This document shows positions 1 to 8,458 of a stretch of DNA of 37,037 nucleotides, in pieces. The stretch lies in the NCBI GenBank assembly GCA_046538795.1, contig JBKHIF010000004.1, positions 1 through 37,037 on the forward strand, written 5' to 3'. Origin of the DNA: Candidatus Woesearchaeota archaeon. GTDB lineage: Archaea > Nanobdellota > Nanobdellia > Woesearchaeales > CAZJJJ01. The notes under the pieces are model-generated. The model made no database searches and was not told the origin of the DNA. It saw only the letters and a program-made list of their open reading frames with translations. Position 1 is the first letter of the stretch. Every line of letters begins with the position of its first letter. A program made the position numbers and the translations under genes.

Positions 1-153
1 AGGTTGTTTAAAAAATTAACAAGAAAGAATGAAGGTAATACTAAAATGGCAAAAACGTTGAAATTTCTTTGAAATTTCAGGCTTTTCCCATTTTAATCAG
101 GTTGTTTAAAAAATTAACAAGAAAGAATGAAGGTAATACTAAAATGGCAAAAA
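1..153 (+). repeat. 55-bp exact direct repeat (1-55 and 99-153) covering the rps12 leader and first codons
   Basis: aggttgtttaaaaaattaacaagaaagaatgaaggtaatactaaaatggcaaaaa occurs at 1 and at 99; copy 1 may extend left of the window. Confidence 0.95.
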
Positions 154-584
154 AAGCTAAAGGTTTGAATGCTGGTAAAAAGCTGATCCATAGAAGATCA
201 AAGGGTCAGTGGCTTAATGATATGTATGTTTCAAGAGTCCTTGGACTGAAGAAAAAATCTGATCCTTTGGAAGGAAGCTCTCAGGCAAGGGGCATTGTTC
301 TTGAAAAGGTCCAGATTGAAGCTAAGCAGCCAAACTCTGCTATGAGAAAGTGCGTAAGGGTACAGCTCATAAAAAATGGAAAGCAGATCTCTGCATTCAT
401 GCCAGGAGATGGTGCAACAAAGCTTATCGATGAACACGATGAGGTTATCCTTGAATGTATCGGTGGAAAGAACCACGGAAAAAGCAAGGGAGATCTTTCA
501 GGTATCAGATGGCAGGTTATCAAGGTAAATGATCAGTCATTAGATGCTCTAAGAAAAGGAAAACTTGAAAAAGCAAGAAAATAA
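144..584 (+). CDS. rps12: 30S ribosomal protein uS12 (archaeal S12/S23 type)
   Basis: [35 protein letters not shown] motifs; start placed at ATG 144 (MAKKAKG) rather than the track's TTG 69. Confidence 0.97.
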   Translation: MAKKAKGLNAGKKLIHRRSKGQWLNDMYVSRVLGLKKKSDPLEGSSQARGIVLEKVQIEAKQPNSAMRKCVRVQLIKNGKQISAFMPGDGATKLIDEHDEVILECIGGKNHGKSKGDLSGIRWQVIKVNDQSLDALRKGKLEKARK

Positions 585-614
585 TCATATTAAAAACTAA
601 TATCCACGATAAAA

Positions 615-1214
615 ATGAATGAGATAAAAATATTCAACAAATATTCAACAGCCGGAATCGAGATTGACGATATGGGTCTTAAAGGCTACATATCTATCGA
701 GCCTGTATTTGTTCCAAAGACAGGAGCAAGGTATGCAGGAAGGAGATTCCACAAGTCAAAGATATCTATTGTTGAAAGACTTATCAACAAGACGATGATA
801 CCAGGTCACAAGGGTAAGAAGCATAAGACAAGTTCTGGCCATTGCACAGGTAAATCGCAGTCTTCATATAATATGATTAAAGAGACATTTGATATAATTG
901 AAAACAGAACAAAACAGAATCCTTTGGCTGTCTTTGTAAAAGCTGTAGAAAATGCAGCTCCAAGAGAAGAAATCGTTACAATTGAATACGGTGGAGCAAG
1001 GTATCCTAAAGCTGTTGAGGTTGCACCACAGAGACGCGTTGATCTTTGCCTAAGACAGATGACGCAGGGAGCATATGCTTCATCATTTAATTCAAAAAAA
1101 AGCACTGCACAGGCTCTTGCAGATGAGATTATCGCAGCTTATAATATGGATACAAAATCAACTGCAATATCAAAGAAACTTGAGCTTGAAAGACAGGCAG
1201 ATTCTTCAAGATAA
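615..1214 (+). CDS. rps7: 30S ribosomal protein uS7
   Basis: IVERLIN, ENAAPREE, YGGARYPKAVEVAPQRRVD, KKLELERQADSSR; follows rps12. Confidence 0.97.
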   Translation: MNEIKIFNKYSTAGIEIDDMGLKGYISIEPVFVPKTGARYAGRRFHKSKISIVERLINKTMIPGHKGKKHKTSSGHCTGKSQSSYNMIKETFDIIENRTKQNPLAVFVKAVENAAPREEIVTIEYGGARYPKAVEVAPQRRVDLCLRQMTQGAYASSFNSKKSTAQALADEIIAAYNMDTKSTAISKKLELERQADSSR

Positions 1215-1226
1215 ATAAGATAATCA

Positions 1227-1260
1227 TTTATTTTTTTAAATTTATTTTTATAATGTTTTT
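1227..1260 (+). terminator. Probable oligo-T archaeal terminator after rps7
   Basis: Several T-runs between the convergent rps7 and methyltransferase stops. Confidence 0.4.
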
Positions 1261-1262
1261 GA

Positions 1263-2459
1263 TCACACGTTCTTTATATAATTCATTATTTCTTTAAAGT
1301 TCTCTTCTTTATTGTTTTTGTATCTTTTGCACAGAGGCATGAGAAAATCTCTTTCATAAATAAGATCCTTGTCCTTTACAATCGAAAGAAAATAGCTTGA
1401 TGTGATGTATTGGCAGAACTGTGTTATATTTTTTGGATTATCCCTTTTTTTACACCTTTCAAAATCTATTAGGAACGGCCGGTCTTCCCCTTTTTTTGCT
1501 CTTATTAAAATGTGCTTATAAGGATTATGCATCTCTTCTTTTGTACATGATAAAGAGTCAAGAGCATACATGAATTCCATAACTTTTGCTACAACTTTTT
1601 TTATCTTAATCTTGTTTGATAGCTTTGCGAATTCAGTTATTGTTATTCCATCGATATATTCATATGCAAAATGATCTTTTCCATAAAACAATACTTTGGG
1701 TACAAAATCAATCTTGTTTTTATGAAGAAATTGTAATGCCTCAACCTCTCTTGATATTGCATCTTTTGACCTGCTCTTTGGTCTTTGTATCTTTATAGAT
1801 ATCTTTTTTCCCTTGTAATTTCCTGTGAAGATCAGGCCTCTTTTTCCTTTTGTGAAATAATCCAGTTGTGTCACGCCTTTTTTTTCAATATCTTTAAGAA
1901 CATCTGATTTTTTTACAGAATATACAAAAAGCTCTTCAAAATCGATCTTTTGACTTGCAAGAAGTCTTGATGTCCAAAGATTCTTTTCAAGTATCTCATC
2001 TATCTTTTCTTTGTTGGTAAGAGAGCTAAAGAGTATTAATATAGTGCCTTCTTTTTTGAGATAAGGTCCTGCTCTCGAAAGAAATAGTTCTATAAGCTCG
2101 TATCCTCTTGTGCCTCCATCTAGAGCTACATCTTTTATCCTTAGATCTCCTGGAAGATATGGCGGATTGAATATGATCGTATCAAATTTCTTTCTGGATA
2201 ATTTTGCAAAAAGATCGCTTACTGTAAATCTTATCTTCTTGTGATTGTTATGCTTGCTTGCGTATTCTATAGCATCAGGATTTATATCTATTGCAGTTAC
2301 AGTTTTTACTTCTTTTTTCTGGGCAGCAGTATGGGCTTGTATCCCTGATCCAGTACCTACATCAAGGCAGTCGCCTTCTGCGAGCTTTTCAACTTCTTTT
2401 TGAAGCAAAAATGAATCTTCTCTGGGTTCATAGATCGGGTTAATTTTATCTTCTGTCAT
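1263..2459 (-). CDS. HemK2/N6AMT1-like SAM methyltransferase fused to an atypical Ser/Thr-kinase-like domain
   Basis: N-term IYEPREDSFLL, LDVGTGSG, FNPPY; C-term KGKRGLIF G-loop, ISIK, REVEAL, YEYIDG, KEEMHNPYKHILI, LIDFE. Confidence 0.85.
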   Translation of the reverse strand: MTEDKINPIYEPREDSFLLQKEVEKLAEGDCLDVGTGSGIQAHTAAQKKEVKTVTAIDINPDAIEYASKHNNHKKIRFTVSDLFAKLSRKKFDTIIFNPPYLPGDLRIKDVALDGGTRGYELIELFLSRAGPYLKKEGTILILFSSLTNKEKIDEILEKNLWTSRLLASQKIDFEELFVYSVKKSDVLKDIEKKGVTQLDYFTKGKRGLIFTGNYKGKKISIKIQRPKSRSKDAISREVEALQFLHKNKIDFVPKVLFYGKDHFAYEYIDGITITEFAKLSNKIKIKKVVAKVMEFMYALDSLSCTKEEMHNPYKHILIRAKKGEDRPFLIDFERCKKRDNPKNITQFCQYITSSYFLSIVKDKDLIYERDFLMPLCKRYKNNKEENFKEIMNYIKNV

Positions 2460-2542
2460 CGTAATATTACTTCGATAAGCACTGATTTAAATATTATTCT
2501 TTTTGGTTCTAAAAATCAGAAAAATCCTAAATAGAAAAAAGC

Positions 2543-3052
2543 TTATGGCTCTGTTGCATCAACAACTATTATGGTTCCCGGACCCTGTTCTACTGGAGAT
2601 TGTTCTACAACTATATCTATGGTTCCAGAAACCTGTGAATTCTCAAGGATGCAGGTATCAGGATTTTCTACCTGTACAATCATTGCGAACTCTTTCTTTT
2701 TTGACTGTATATAATCAGAATCCCAAAGGTAAGGCTCAAGAGTTATCGTATATTCCTGTTCTGGAGAAAGTACAAGATTAAGTTCTTTTTCATACATTCC
2801 TGTAACACCTGGGTTTTCCTTGTTCCAGAATTGCCTTGAATAGATCTTTTTTATGATACAGTCATTTTCTCCAACATTCTTGATAACCATATCCATGCCA
2901 ACAACACGACCAGTTATAGTATTGAAATTATTAGGATATTCAAGGTCAACAAGCTCAAGTCTTCCGGAACTTGTGCATCCTGTAATGACTAAAACAGATA
3001 AAATAAATAATACTAGAATTGTCTTGCTTAAAGCCGATCTCATTATTATCAT
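2543..3052 (-). CDS. Putative exported lipoprotein of unknown function
   Basis: Basic N-terminus, hydrophobic stretch and lipobox-like LVITGC; start may be ATG 3043. Confidence 0.65.
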   Translation of the reverse strand: MIIMRSALSKTILVLFILSVLVITGCTSSGRLELVDLEYPNNFNTITGRVVGMDMVIKNVGENDCIIKKIYSRQFWNKENPGVTGMYEKELNLVLSPEQEYTITLEPYLWDSDYIQSKKKEFAMIVQVENPDTCILENSQVSGTIDIVVEQSPVEQGPGTIIVVDATEP

Positions 3053-3082
3053 ATTATGGAAGAATATACTAATATAAATTAT

Positions 3083-3595
3083 TTATGGATTATTTTCATC
3101 CCTGTTGAATACTGATCCTGAATTAATATCCCTGAACTCTTCATCTATCCTTTGATGATATTCTTTTATTCTCTGTATCATATTGGGGATAAGAAATTGC
3201 TCAAGCTTTTGCTCAAAGATCTCATCAAGATTGCTGAATTCAGTTATCCTGTATGAGTTTTTCACTTTTTCAGCGATCATCACGTCTCTTAATCTCTTAA
3301 GCTGTCTTCTGATATTTGAAGGAGCTATGCCTACCAGAGGAAGATTTTCTGCTTTCCTAAGTTCTATAACCACATCTTTGATCTCTTCAGAACTCATCTC
3401 TTTTTTTTCTCCCCTTGCCAGAAGAAGCGCAAAAAGGATATCAACAACAATATCCCGCGAATCTCCTGGTTGAAGAAGTCCCACACTAAGACAATATTTT
3501 CTTACTAAATCCCTTTTCCCTAAAGAATATGGTTTTTCATATCTTCTGAGTATAAGTTCGTTTAAAGGAGTATCTTTAGATATAGTTTTAGCCAT
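3083..3595 (-). CDS. Winged-helix protein, putative transcriptional regulator
   Basis: APSNIRRQLKRLRDVMIAEKVKNSYRIT helix plus wing; TATA-like tttatata upstream. Confidence 0.65.
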   Translation of the reverse strand: MAKTISKDTPLNELILRRYEKPYSLGKRDLVRKYCLSVGLLQPGDSRDIVVDILFALLLARGEKKEMSSEEIKDVVIELRKAENLPLVGIAPSNIRRQLKRLRDVMIAEKVKNSYRITEFSNLDEIFEQKLEQFLIPNMIQRIKEYHQRIDEEFRDINSGSVFNRDENNP

Positions 3596-3656
3596 CTAAG
3601 AAAAGTAGATGATGAACTACTTTATATATTTTTTGAAGCGTAAAAAAATAGTTTGT

Positions 3657-3884
3657 CTAGAATCTGGTATTCTGAATATTTTTCATTGCATCTTCCTCAA
3701 GTCCCACAAGCTCAGTTGTTTCTTTACCGCACTTGATGCACTGCCAGATCATATAATTGACATTGCCTGAAGTTCTTTTGCCTTGTTTTTTCATCTCACC
3801 ACGGCATTTATCGCATATTTTTACTCCTCTTTCTTTATCTTTCTGCTTTTTCAGGTGGTGCTCAATTATCTCTTTAGGATCCAT
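3657..3884 (-). CDS. Small zinc-ribbon protein
   Basis: CDKC...WQCIKCG; start set at ATG 3884 (MDPKE), TTG 3896 also possible. Confidence 0.65.
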   Translation of the reverse strand: MDPKEIIEHHLKKQKDKERGVKICDKCRGEMKKQGKRTSGNVNYMIWQCIKCGKETTELVGLEEDAMKNIQNTRF

Positions 3885-3975
3885 ATTCAGTTTCAAGAAG
3901 AAATAGAGGTTTATAAGTTTTATTGTTTGGTTGAATAAAAAAATCGAAAAAATAAATAGAAAAAGAATATGAAAT

Positions 3976-6900
3976 CTAAAGCTTGTTCATGTGTATTGTG
4001 AACCCATTGCCCTTTATCTTATCTGATGCGATGAATTCATAATCTTTCTGCGGGGACATGGTTGATACTATGATCTCTTTTGCCCCTACTTTTGTCTTCA
4101 TCTCATCTATGAAATCCTCAAGCTTAAGATCTATGTCTGAGTTTGGCTGTATATGTATCTCAACATCATCAGTTTTCTCTAAGCCAGATTTTTTTCTTAA
4201 GTCCTGGATTCTTCTTGTAAGCTCTCTTGAATATCCTTCATCAATTAGTTCAGGCGGGATCTCTTTGTTAAGATATATAGTTCCATACTTGAAATCAGCT
4301 CCTGCCCAAGGTTCTCTTGTTGTCTTTGTTATCTCAAAATGTTTCTTGTTAAGGCTATATTCTTTGTCGTTTACATTGATTAGATAGTCATATCCATCGA
4401 TGAGGGCTTTAAGTATCTTATCGTCATCAATAGTCTTTACATGATTAAGTACGTCTCCTGTTTCAGTACCAAAATCCTCGCCCATCGCCCTGTAATTTGG
4501 CTTTATGGAATGATCAAGATGCTCAAATCTCTCGACAAAGGTTATTCCCTTGATATTAGTTTGCTGGAATACAAGCTGCTCAAGCTCTTTAAGGGCTTTT
4601 TTGGCCTGTTCTTCTCCATCTTTCTCATCTATCTCGCGCTCGAAATCAACTATTGCTTCTTTTACAGGCCATCTGACACCTATCTGAGCCTTGTCTCTTG
4701 CAGCTAAGATTCCCTGTACAAATTCACGTGCAAGCTGCATATTGTTGTTAAGTTGCTTGTTGATTTTCTCGGGTTTTGGCCATGATTCCATATGAACAGA
4801 AATCTCTCTTCTATCATCTCTTATGAATTCCTGATAGAGTTTTTCAGAAACATAAGGAGTAAATGGTGCAAGAAGCCTTACAAGCCTGTCAAATACATAC
4901 CTGAATGTATACGCAAGAGCCTTGTCTTCTTCAAGAGTCCTTTCTCTTATAAGCTTTATATACCACCTTGAAAGGTCGTCTGTCACAAACCCCTGAATTT
5001 TTGCAATGCAATGATTGTATTCATGATTATCAAGATGTTTTGTGATTTGTTCTATGATCTCATCAGTCTTTGACATGATCCACTTGTCTTCTATGTTGAA
5101 ACCCTTAGGCTCATCCTTTCCAGAAAGGCTGAACTGCTCCATGTAAGACGCTGCAAAATAATATGAATTCCAGAGCGTATTGAAGAAAGGAAGTACACTT
5201 TCCTGCATGGGTTTCATCCCGAACTTGATCTGTTCTCCTAATGGATAGGAGCTCATGAGCATCCTTACTGCATCTACACCTGTTTCATCAAATATCTGAT
5301 CAGGCTTTACGATGTTTCCTTTTGATTTGGACATCTTTTCTCCATTTTCATCACAGAGAAGTCCGCCGACAGCACATGACTTGTATGCATTTTTTTCAAA
5401 AATAAGACTTCCAATTACATGCATTGTATAGAACCATCCTCTTGTCTGGTCTATTGCTTCAGCTATGAAATCATAAGGATGAGATTTTTCAAATATCTCT
5501 TTGTTCTCAAAAGGATAATGATATTGTGCGAATGGTGCACTTCCTGAATCATACCAGCAGTCGATAACTTCTGGTGTTCTTCTCATCGTGCCTTCGCATT
5601 TTTCACATTTGAAAGTCAAAGGATCTACAACAGGCTTGTGCAGGTCATTAACTTTCTTGCCTGTCTTTTCCTCTATTTCCTTAATAGAGCCTATCGCGTG
5701 CTGTTCTCCGCACTTATCACAGATCCAGATAGGAAGTGGTGTTCCCCAAAATTTATTCCTTGAGATCGCCCAATCTTTAGCTCCTTCGATCCAGTTTCCA
5801 AAACGTCCGTCTTTAATGTGATTTGGATACCATGAGATTTTCTTATTATCTTTTACAAGATCTCCTGAATGTTCATTTACTGAGACAAACCATGAATCCA
5901 TCGCGTAATATAGTAATGGTGTTGAGCATCTCCAGCAGAAAGGATATGCGTGAAGATAAGGATCTACTTTTATCAGGACATCTCTTTTCAGAAGATCATC
6001 AATTATATCCTTGTCGCAGTCTTTTACGAATCTTCCTTTGAAAGGTTTTACTTCGTTTAGATATTCTCCGCTTCTGTCTACTGGGTTTATGAACGCTATA
6101 TTGTTTTTCCTGCATTCATTGTAATCATCTTCACCAAAAGCAGGCGCCTGATGGACAACTCCTGTCCCATCTTCAGTAGATACATAATCTGCATTGATTA
6201 TTATGAAAGCCTTTTTTCCTTCTTTTTTTTGGTTGTTAACTTCCTTTTCCATGAAATTGTAAAGAGGCTCGTATTCCTTTCCTTCAAGTTCTTTTCCCTT
6301 GAACTCTTCTGTTATTTTTGCTTCTGGGAAGTACTTGAATACAAGATCTTTTGCCATTATGTATTTTTGTCCTTTTTCTTCTATTGTAGCATAAGTGATT
6401 TCTGGATTTACTGCTAAAGCAAGATTTGATATCAATGTCCATGGTGTTGTTGTCCATGCTAAGATATATCGTTCGTCATCCTTTAGCTTAAACTTGACTG
6501 TAACAGAATCCTCTTCAACATCCTTATATCCCAATGCCACTTCGTGGCTTGAAAGAGGTGTTTCGCATCTTGGACAGTAAGGGACGACCTTATGGCCCTG
6601 GTACAATAAGTTTTTCTTGTGAAGTTCAGACAAGCTCCACCATACGCTCTCCATGTAAGACGTGTCTAATGTCCTGTATGGGTTTTCAAGATCGACCCAG
6701 AAAGCAAGCCTTTCAGTTACTCTTTCCCAGTCTTTTATGAAAGTAAATACATCAGTTTTGCATTCTTCGATGAACTTTTTTTCTCCATATTTTAAGACTT
6801 CTTTTTTTGTCTTTAGTCCAAGCTTTTTTTCAACCTGGACCTCGACAGGAAGACCATGGCAGTCCCATCCTCCTTTTCTTGGGACAGAGTAGCCTTGCAT

Positions 6901-7122
6901 AAACTTATACCTGCAGAAAAGGTCTTTGAAAACTCTTACTTCTACGTGATGAAGCCCGGGAGGAGCATTGGCAGTAGGAGGTCCTTCAAGCCATGAGAAT
7001 ATCTCCTTATTTGGATCATGTTTGATAGTAATATTCTTGATATCGTTTTCTTTCCAGAATTTGCTTACATTGTTCTCGATATCCTTGAAATCATATTTTT
7101 TTGTTATTGTTTTTTCTGCCAT
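3976..7122 (-). CDS. ileS: Isoleucyl-tRNA synthetase (IleRS2/archaeal-eukaryal type) with GLHH signature
   Basis: EGPPTAN, GWDCHGLPVE, WTTTPWTL, GTGVVHQAPAFGEDD, DWAISRNKFWGTP, DQTRGWFY, KMSKS; start at ATG 7122 (MAEKT). Confidence 0.97.
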   Translation of the reverse strand: MAEKTITKKYDFKDIENNVSKFWKENDIKNITIKHDPNKEIFSWLEGPPTANAPPGLHHVEVRVFKDLFCRYKFMQGYSVPRKGGWDCHGLPVEVQVEKKLGLKTKKEVLKYGEKKFIEECKTDVFTFIKDWERVTERLAFWVDLENPYRTLDTSYMESVWWSLSELHKKNLLYQGHKVVPYCPRCETPLSSHEVALGYKDVEEDSVTVKFKLKDDERYILAWTTTPWTLISNLALAVNPEITYATIEEKGQKYIMAKDLVFKYFPEAKITEEFKGKELEGKEYEPLYNFMEKEVNNQKKEGKKAFIIINADYVSTEDGTGVVHQAPAFGEDDYNECRKNNIAFINPVDRSGEYLNEVKPFKGRFVKDCDKDIIDDLLKRDVLIKVDPYLHAYPFCWRCSTPLLYYAMDSWFVSVNEHSGDLVKDNKKISWYPNHIKDGRFGNWIEGAKDWAISRNKFWGTPLPIWICDKCGEQHAIGSIKEIEEKTGKKVNDLHKPVVDPLTFKCEKCEGTMRRTPEVIDCWYDSGSAPFAQYHYPFENKEIFEKSHPYDFIAEAIDQTRGWFYTMHVIGSLIFEKNAYKSCAVGGLLCDENGEKMSKSKGNIVKPDQIFDETGVDAVRMLMSSYPLGEQIKFGMKPMQESVLPFFNTLWNSYYFAASYMEQFSLSGKDEPKGFNIEDKWIMSKTDEIIEQITKHLDNHEYNHCIAKIQGFVTDDLSRWYIKLIRERTLEEDKALAYTFRYVFDRLVRLLAPFTPYVSEKLYQEFIRDDRREISVHMESWPKPEKINKQLNNNMQLAREFVQGILAARDKAQIGVRWPVKEAIVDFEREIDEKDGEEQAKKALKELEQLVFQQTNIKGITFVERFEHLDHSIKPNYRAMGEDFGTETGDVLNHVKTIDDDKILKALIDGYDYLINVNDKEYSLNKKHFEITKTTREPWAGADFKYGTIYLNKEIPPELIDEGYSRELTRRIQDLRKKSGLEKTDDVEIHIQPNSDIDLKLEDFIDEMKTKVGAKEIIVSTMSPQKDYEFIASDKIKGNGFTIHMNKL

Positions 7123-7267
7123 TTTGATCTTTTTTGTATTTAAGTCTGCTAGAGTTAGATTTGAATAAAAAATGATGTTTAATATAAAAAGGTTACTTAA
7201 GAGATCAGATATGAAATTCTCCAAAACCTTTAAATATCTTATTTCTTATAAATTATTTTAGATTTGA

Positions 7268-7594
7268 ATGTCTGAGAAATATCTTGCGAAAGTAAAAAAA
7301 GAGGAAAATGCTTTTGTTGTAAAGATTCCTTCAGAAGTTGCACAAGATGTTTCTATAGATGCAGGAAGTTATATCTATGTTTCTGTTGAAAAACCTAAAG
7401 AATACATAGTTGAATTAGATAGGTCAGTTATTGAAGAACTTAAGCGCATGAAAGAAAAATGGGCACAGTATAAAGATAAAGACATTAATGAGATCTTAAA
7501 AGACATGATGATAAAATTTAACGCAAAATCAACTGAAAAAAAGGAAGATATACCTGATAAACAAATAAAGATTGTCGAGAAGGACACTTTATAG
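7268..7594 (+). CDS. AbrB/MazE-like DNA-binding domain protein
   Basis: AKVKKEENAFVVKIPSEVAQDVSIDAGSYIYVSV matches the swapped-hairpin AbrB pattern. Confidence 0.6.
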   Translation: MSEKYLAKVKKEENAFVVKIPSEVAQDVSIDAGSYIYVSVEKPKEYIVELDRSVIEELKRMKEKWAQYKDKDINEILKDMMIKFNAKSTEKKEDIPDKQIKIVEKDTL

Positions 7595-7909
7595 CTAGCA
7601 TAGTACTGATTCTATTATTCCTGAATCTCCGCAGAAAAAGAATGTGTTTTCAACCTTTGGGAGAAGTTTTTTAATCTTTTTAAGCTGATGCTTAGCCTTT
7701 ATTATTCTGTAACTGCACTTGACTTCATATATGTCAAATTTGTTTTCCTTGACCGCAAGTATATCTATCTCAGCAATTATACGCCTTTTGCTGGAATGTT
7801 TTTTTTCATCAGAGAAGATAGGAACATTTGTAAGAATTGCGTCATAGTTTTCCTTGATTTGATCACAAAGGTCTTCAAGGTATCGGTCATGTTTAAGTTT
7901 TTTGACCAC
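7595..7909 (-). CDS. Small PD-(D/E)XK-family endonuclease (YraN/Hjc/Mrr-like)
   Basis: AEIDILAVKENKFDIYEVKCS ... KAKHQL; GTG start. Confidence 0.7.
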   Translation of the reverse strand: MVKKLKHDRYLEDLCDQIKENYDAILTNVPIFSDEKKHSSKRRIIAEIDILAVKENKFDIYEVKCSYRIIKAKHQLKKIKKLLPKVENTFFFCGDSGIIESVLC

Positions 7910-8020
7910 TTTGTATAATATTTATAGATATACTTGTATATATAATTTATTATTGTTCATATATCATTTTAGAAAAAAATCTATCTTAAGCTATCTCTTC
8001 AGTTGTTTTTGTAATAATTA

Positions 8021-8082
8021 TATTTCAAAGTTTTGGGTTTGCCCTGAAAGGGTGCTCTTCGAGCAAGGCGAACTTTGAAATA
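8021..8082. other. Structured intergenic element: 12-bp perfect inverted repeat enclosing two GC-rich small hairpins
   Basis: tatttcaaagtt (8021-8032) / aactttgaaata (8071-8082); inner ccct-gaa-aggg and tgctc-ttc-gagca. Confidence 0.6.
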
Positions 8083-8101
8083 AAGAAAATCAAGTATTGG
8101 C

Positions 8102-8150
8102 AAAAGTCGTTAATACTCCACACTTTAGTGTGGGGATATCTAAGACTTTT
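8102..8150. repeat. Long imperfect palindrome resembling an IS200/IS605-type terminal hairpin
   Basis: aaaagtc...ctccacact-tt-agtgtgggg...gactttt. Confidence 0.5.
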
Positions 8151-8206
8151 AGTTTTAGGGATTAGAACTTTTTTAAATTTCTACTATGCTTGAGCAGTGA
8201 TTTTAT

Positions 8207-8362
8207 TTATTGCAGAACACTGCCGCAATTTGAGCACACGTGAGCCTGAAGTTCTTCATTGTATTCGGTGTTAGTCCCATATTCCAGTTTTGTCTTGCAA
8301 TTAGGACATTTTGGTTCAAGACATTCCATATCTTCAAAAAAATTTTCCACTACTCCCTGCAT
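8207..8362 (-). CDS. Small CPxC zinc-ribbon protein (51 aa)
   Basis: CPNC...CSNCG; ATG 8362 preceded by SD-like aaggtg. Confidence 0.7.
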   Translation of the reverse strand: MQGVVENFFEDMECLEPKCPNCKTKLEYGTNTEYNEELQAHVCSNCGSVLQ

Positions 8363-8458
8363 GTTAAACACCTTCTTGTTGAAAAAAGAAAAAAAGTTAT
8401 AGTTATAATATAGGTATTCCAACTATAAATAACTTTCCAAAACCATTTTTAAATAGTT

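Noticed and set aside
1..153. Repeat-spacer-repeat pattern as a CRISPR array
   Set aside because: The 55-bp unit is the rps12 leader and start codons, occurs only twice and is longer than typical CRISPR repeats.
8030..8075. Hammerhead ribozyme or c-di-GMP-I riboswitch (ctgaaag on +, ggcaaacc on -)
   Set aside because: The CUGANGA/GAAA core and the GEMM two-hairpin consensus are not completed; kept only as an unassigned structure.
8176..8185. AATTTCTACT, matching the start of the Cas12a repeat stem
   Set aside because: Not followed by GTAGAT, single copy, no spacers or cas12 gene; expected by chance in AT-rich DNA.
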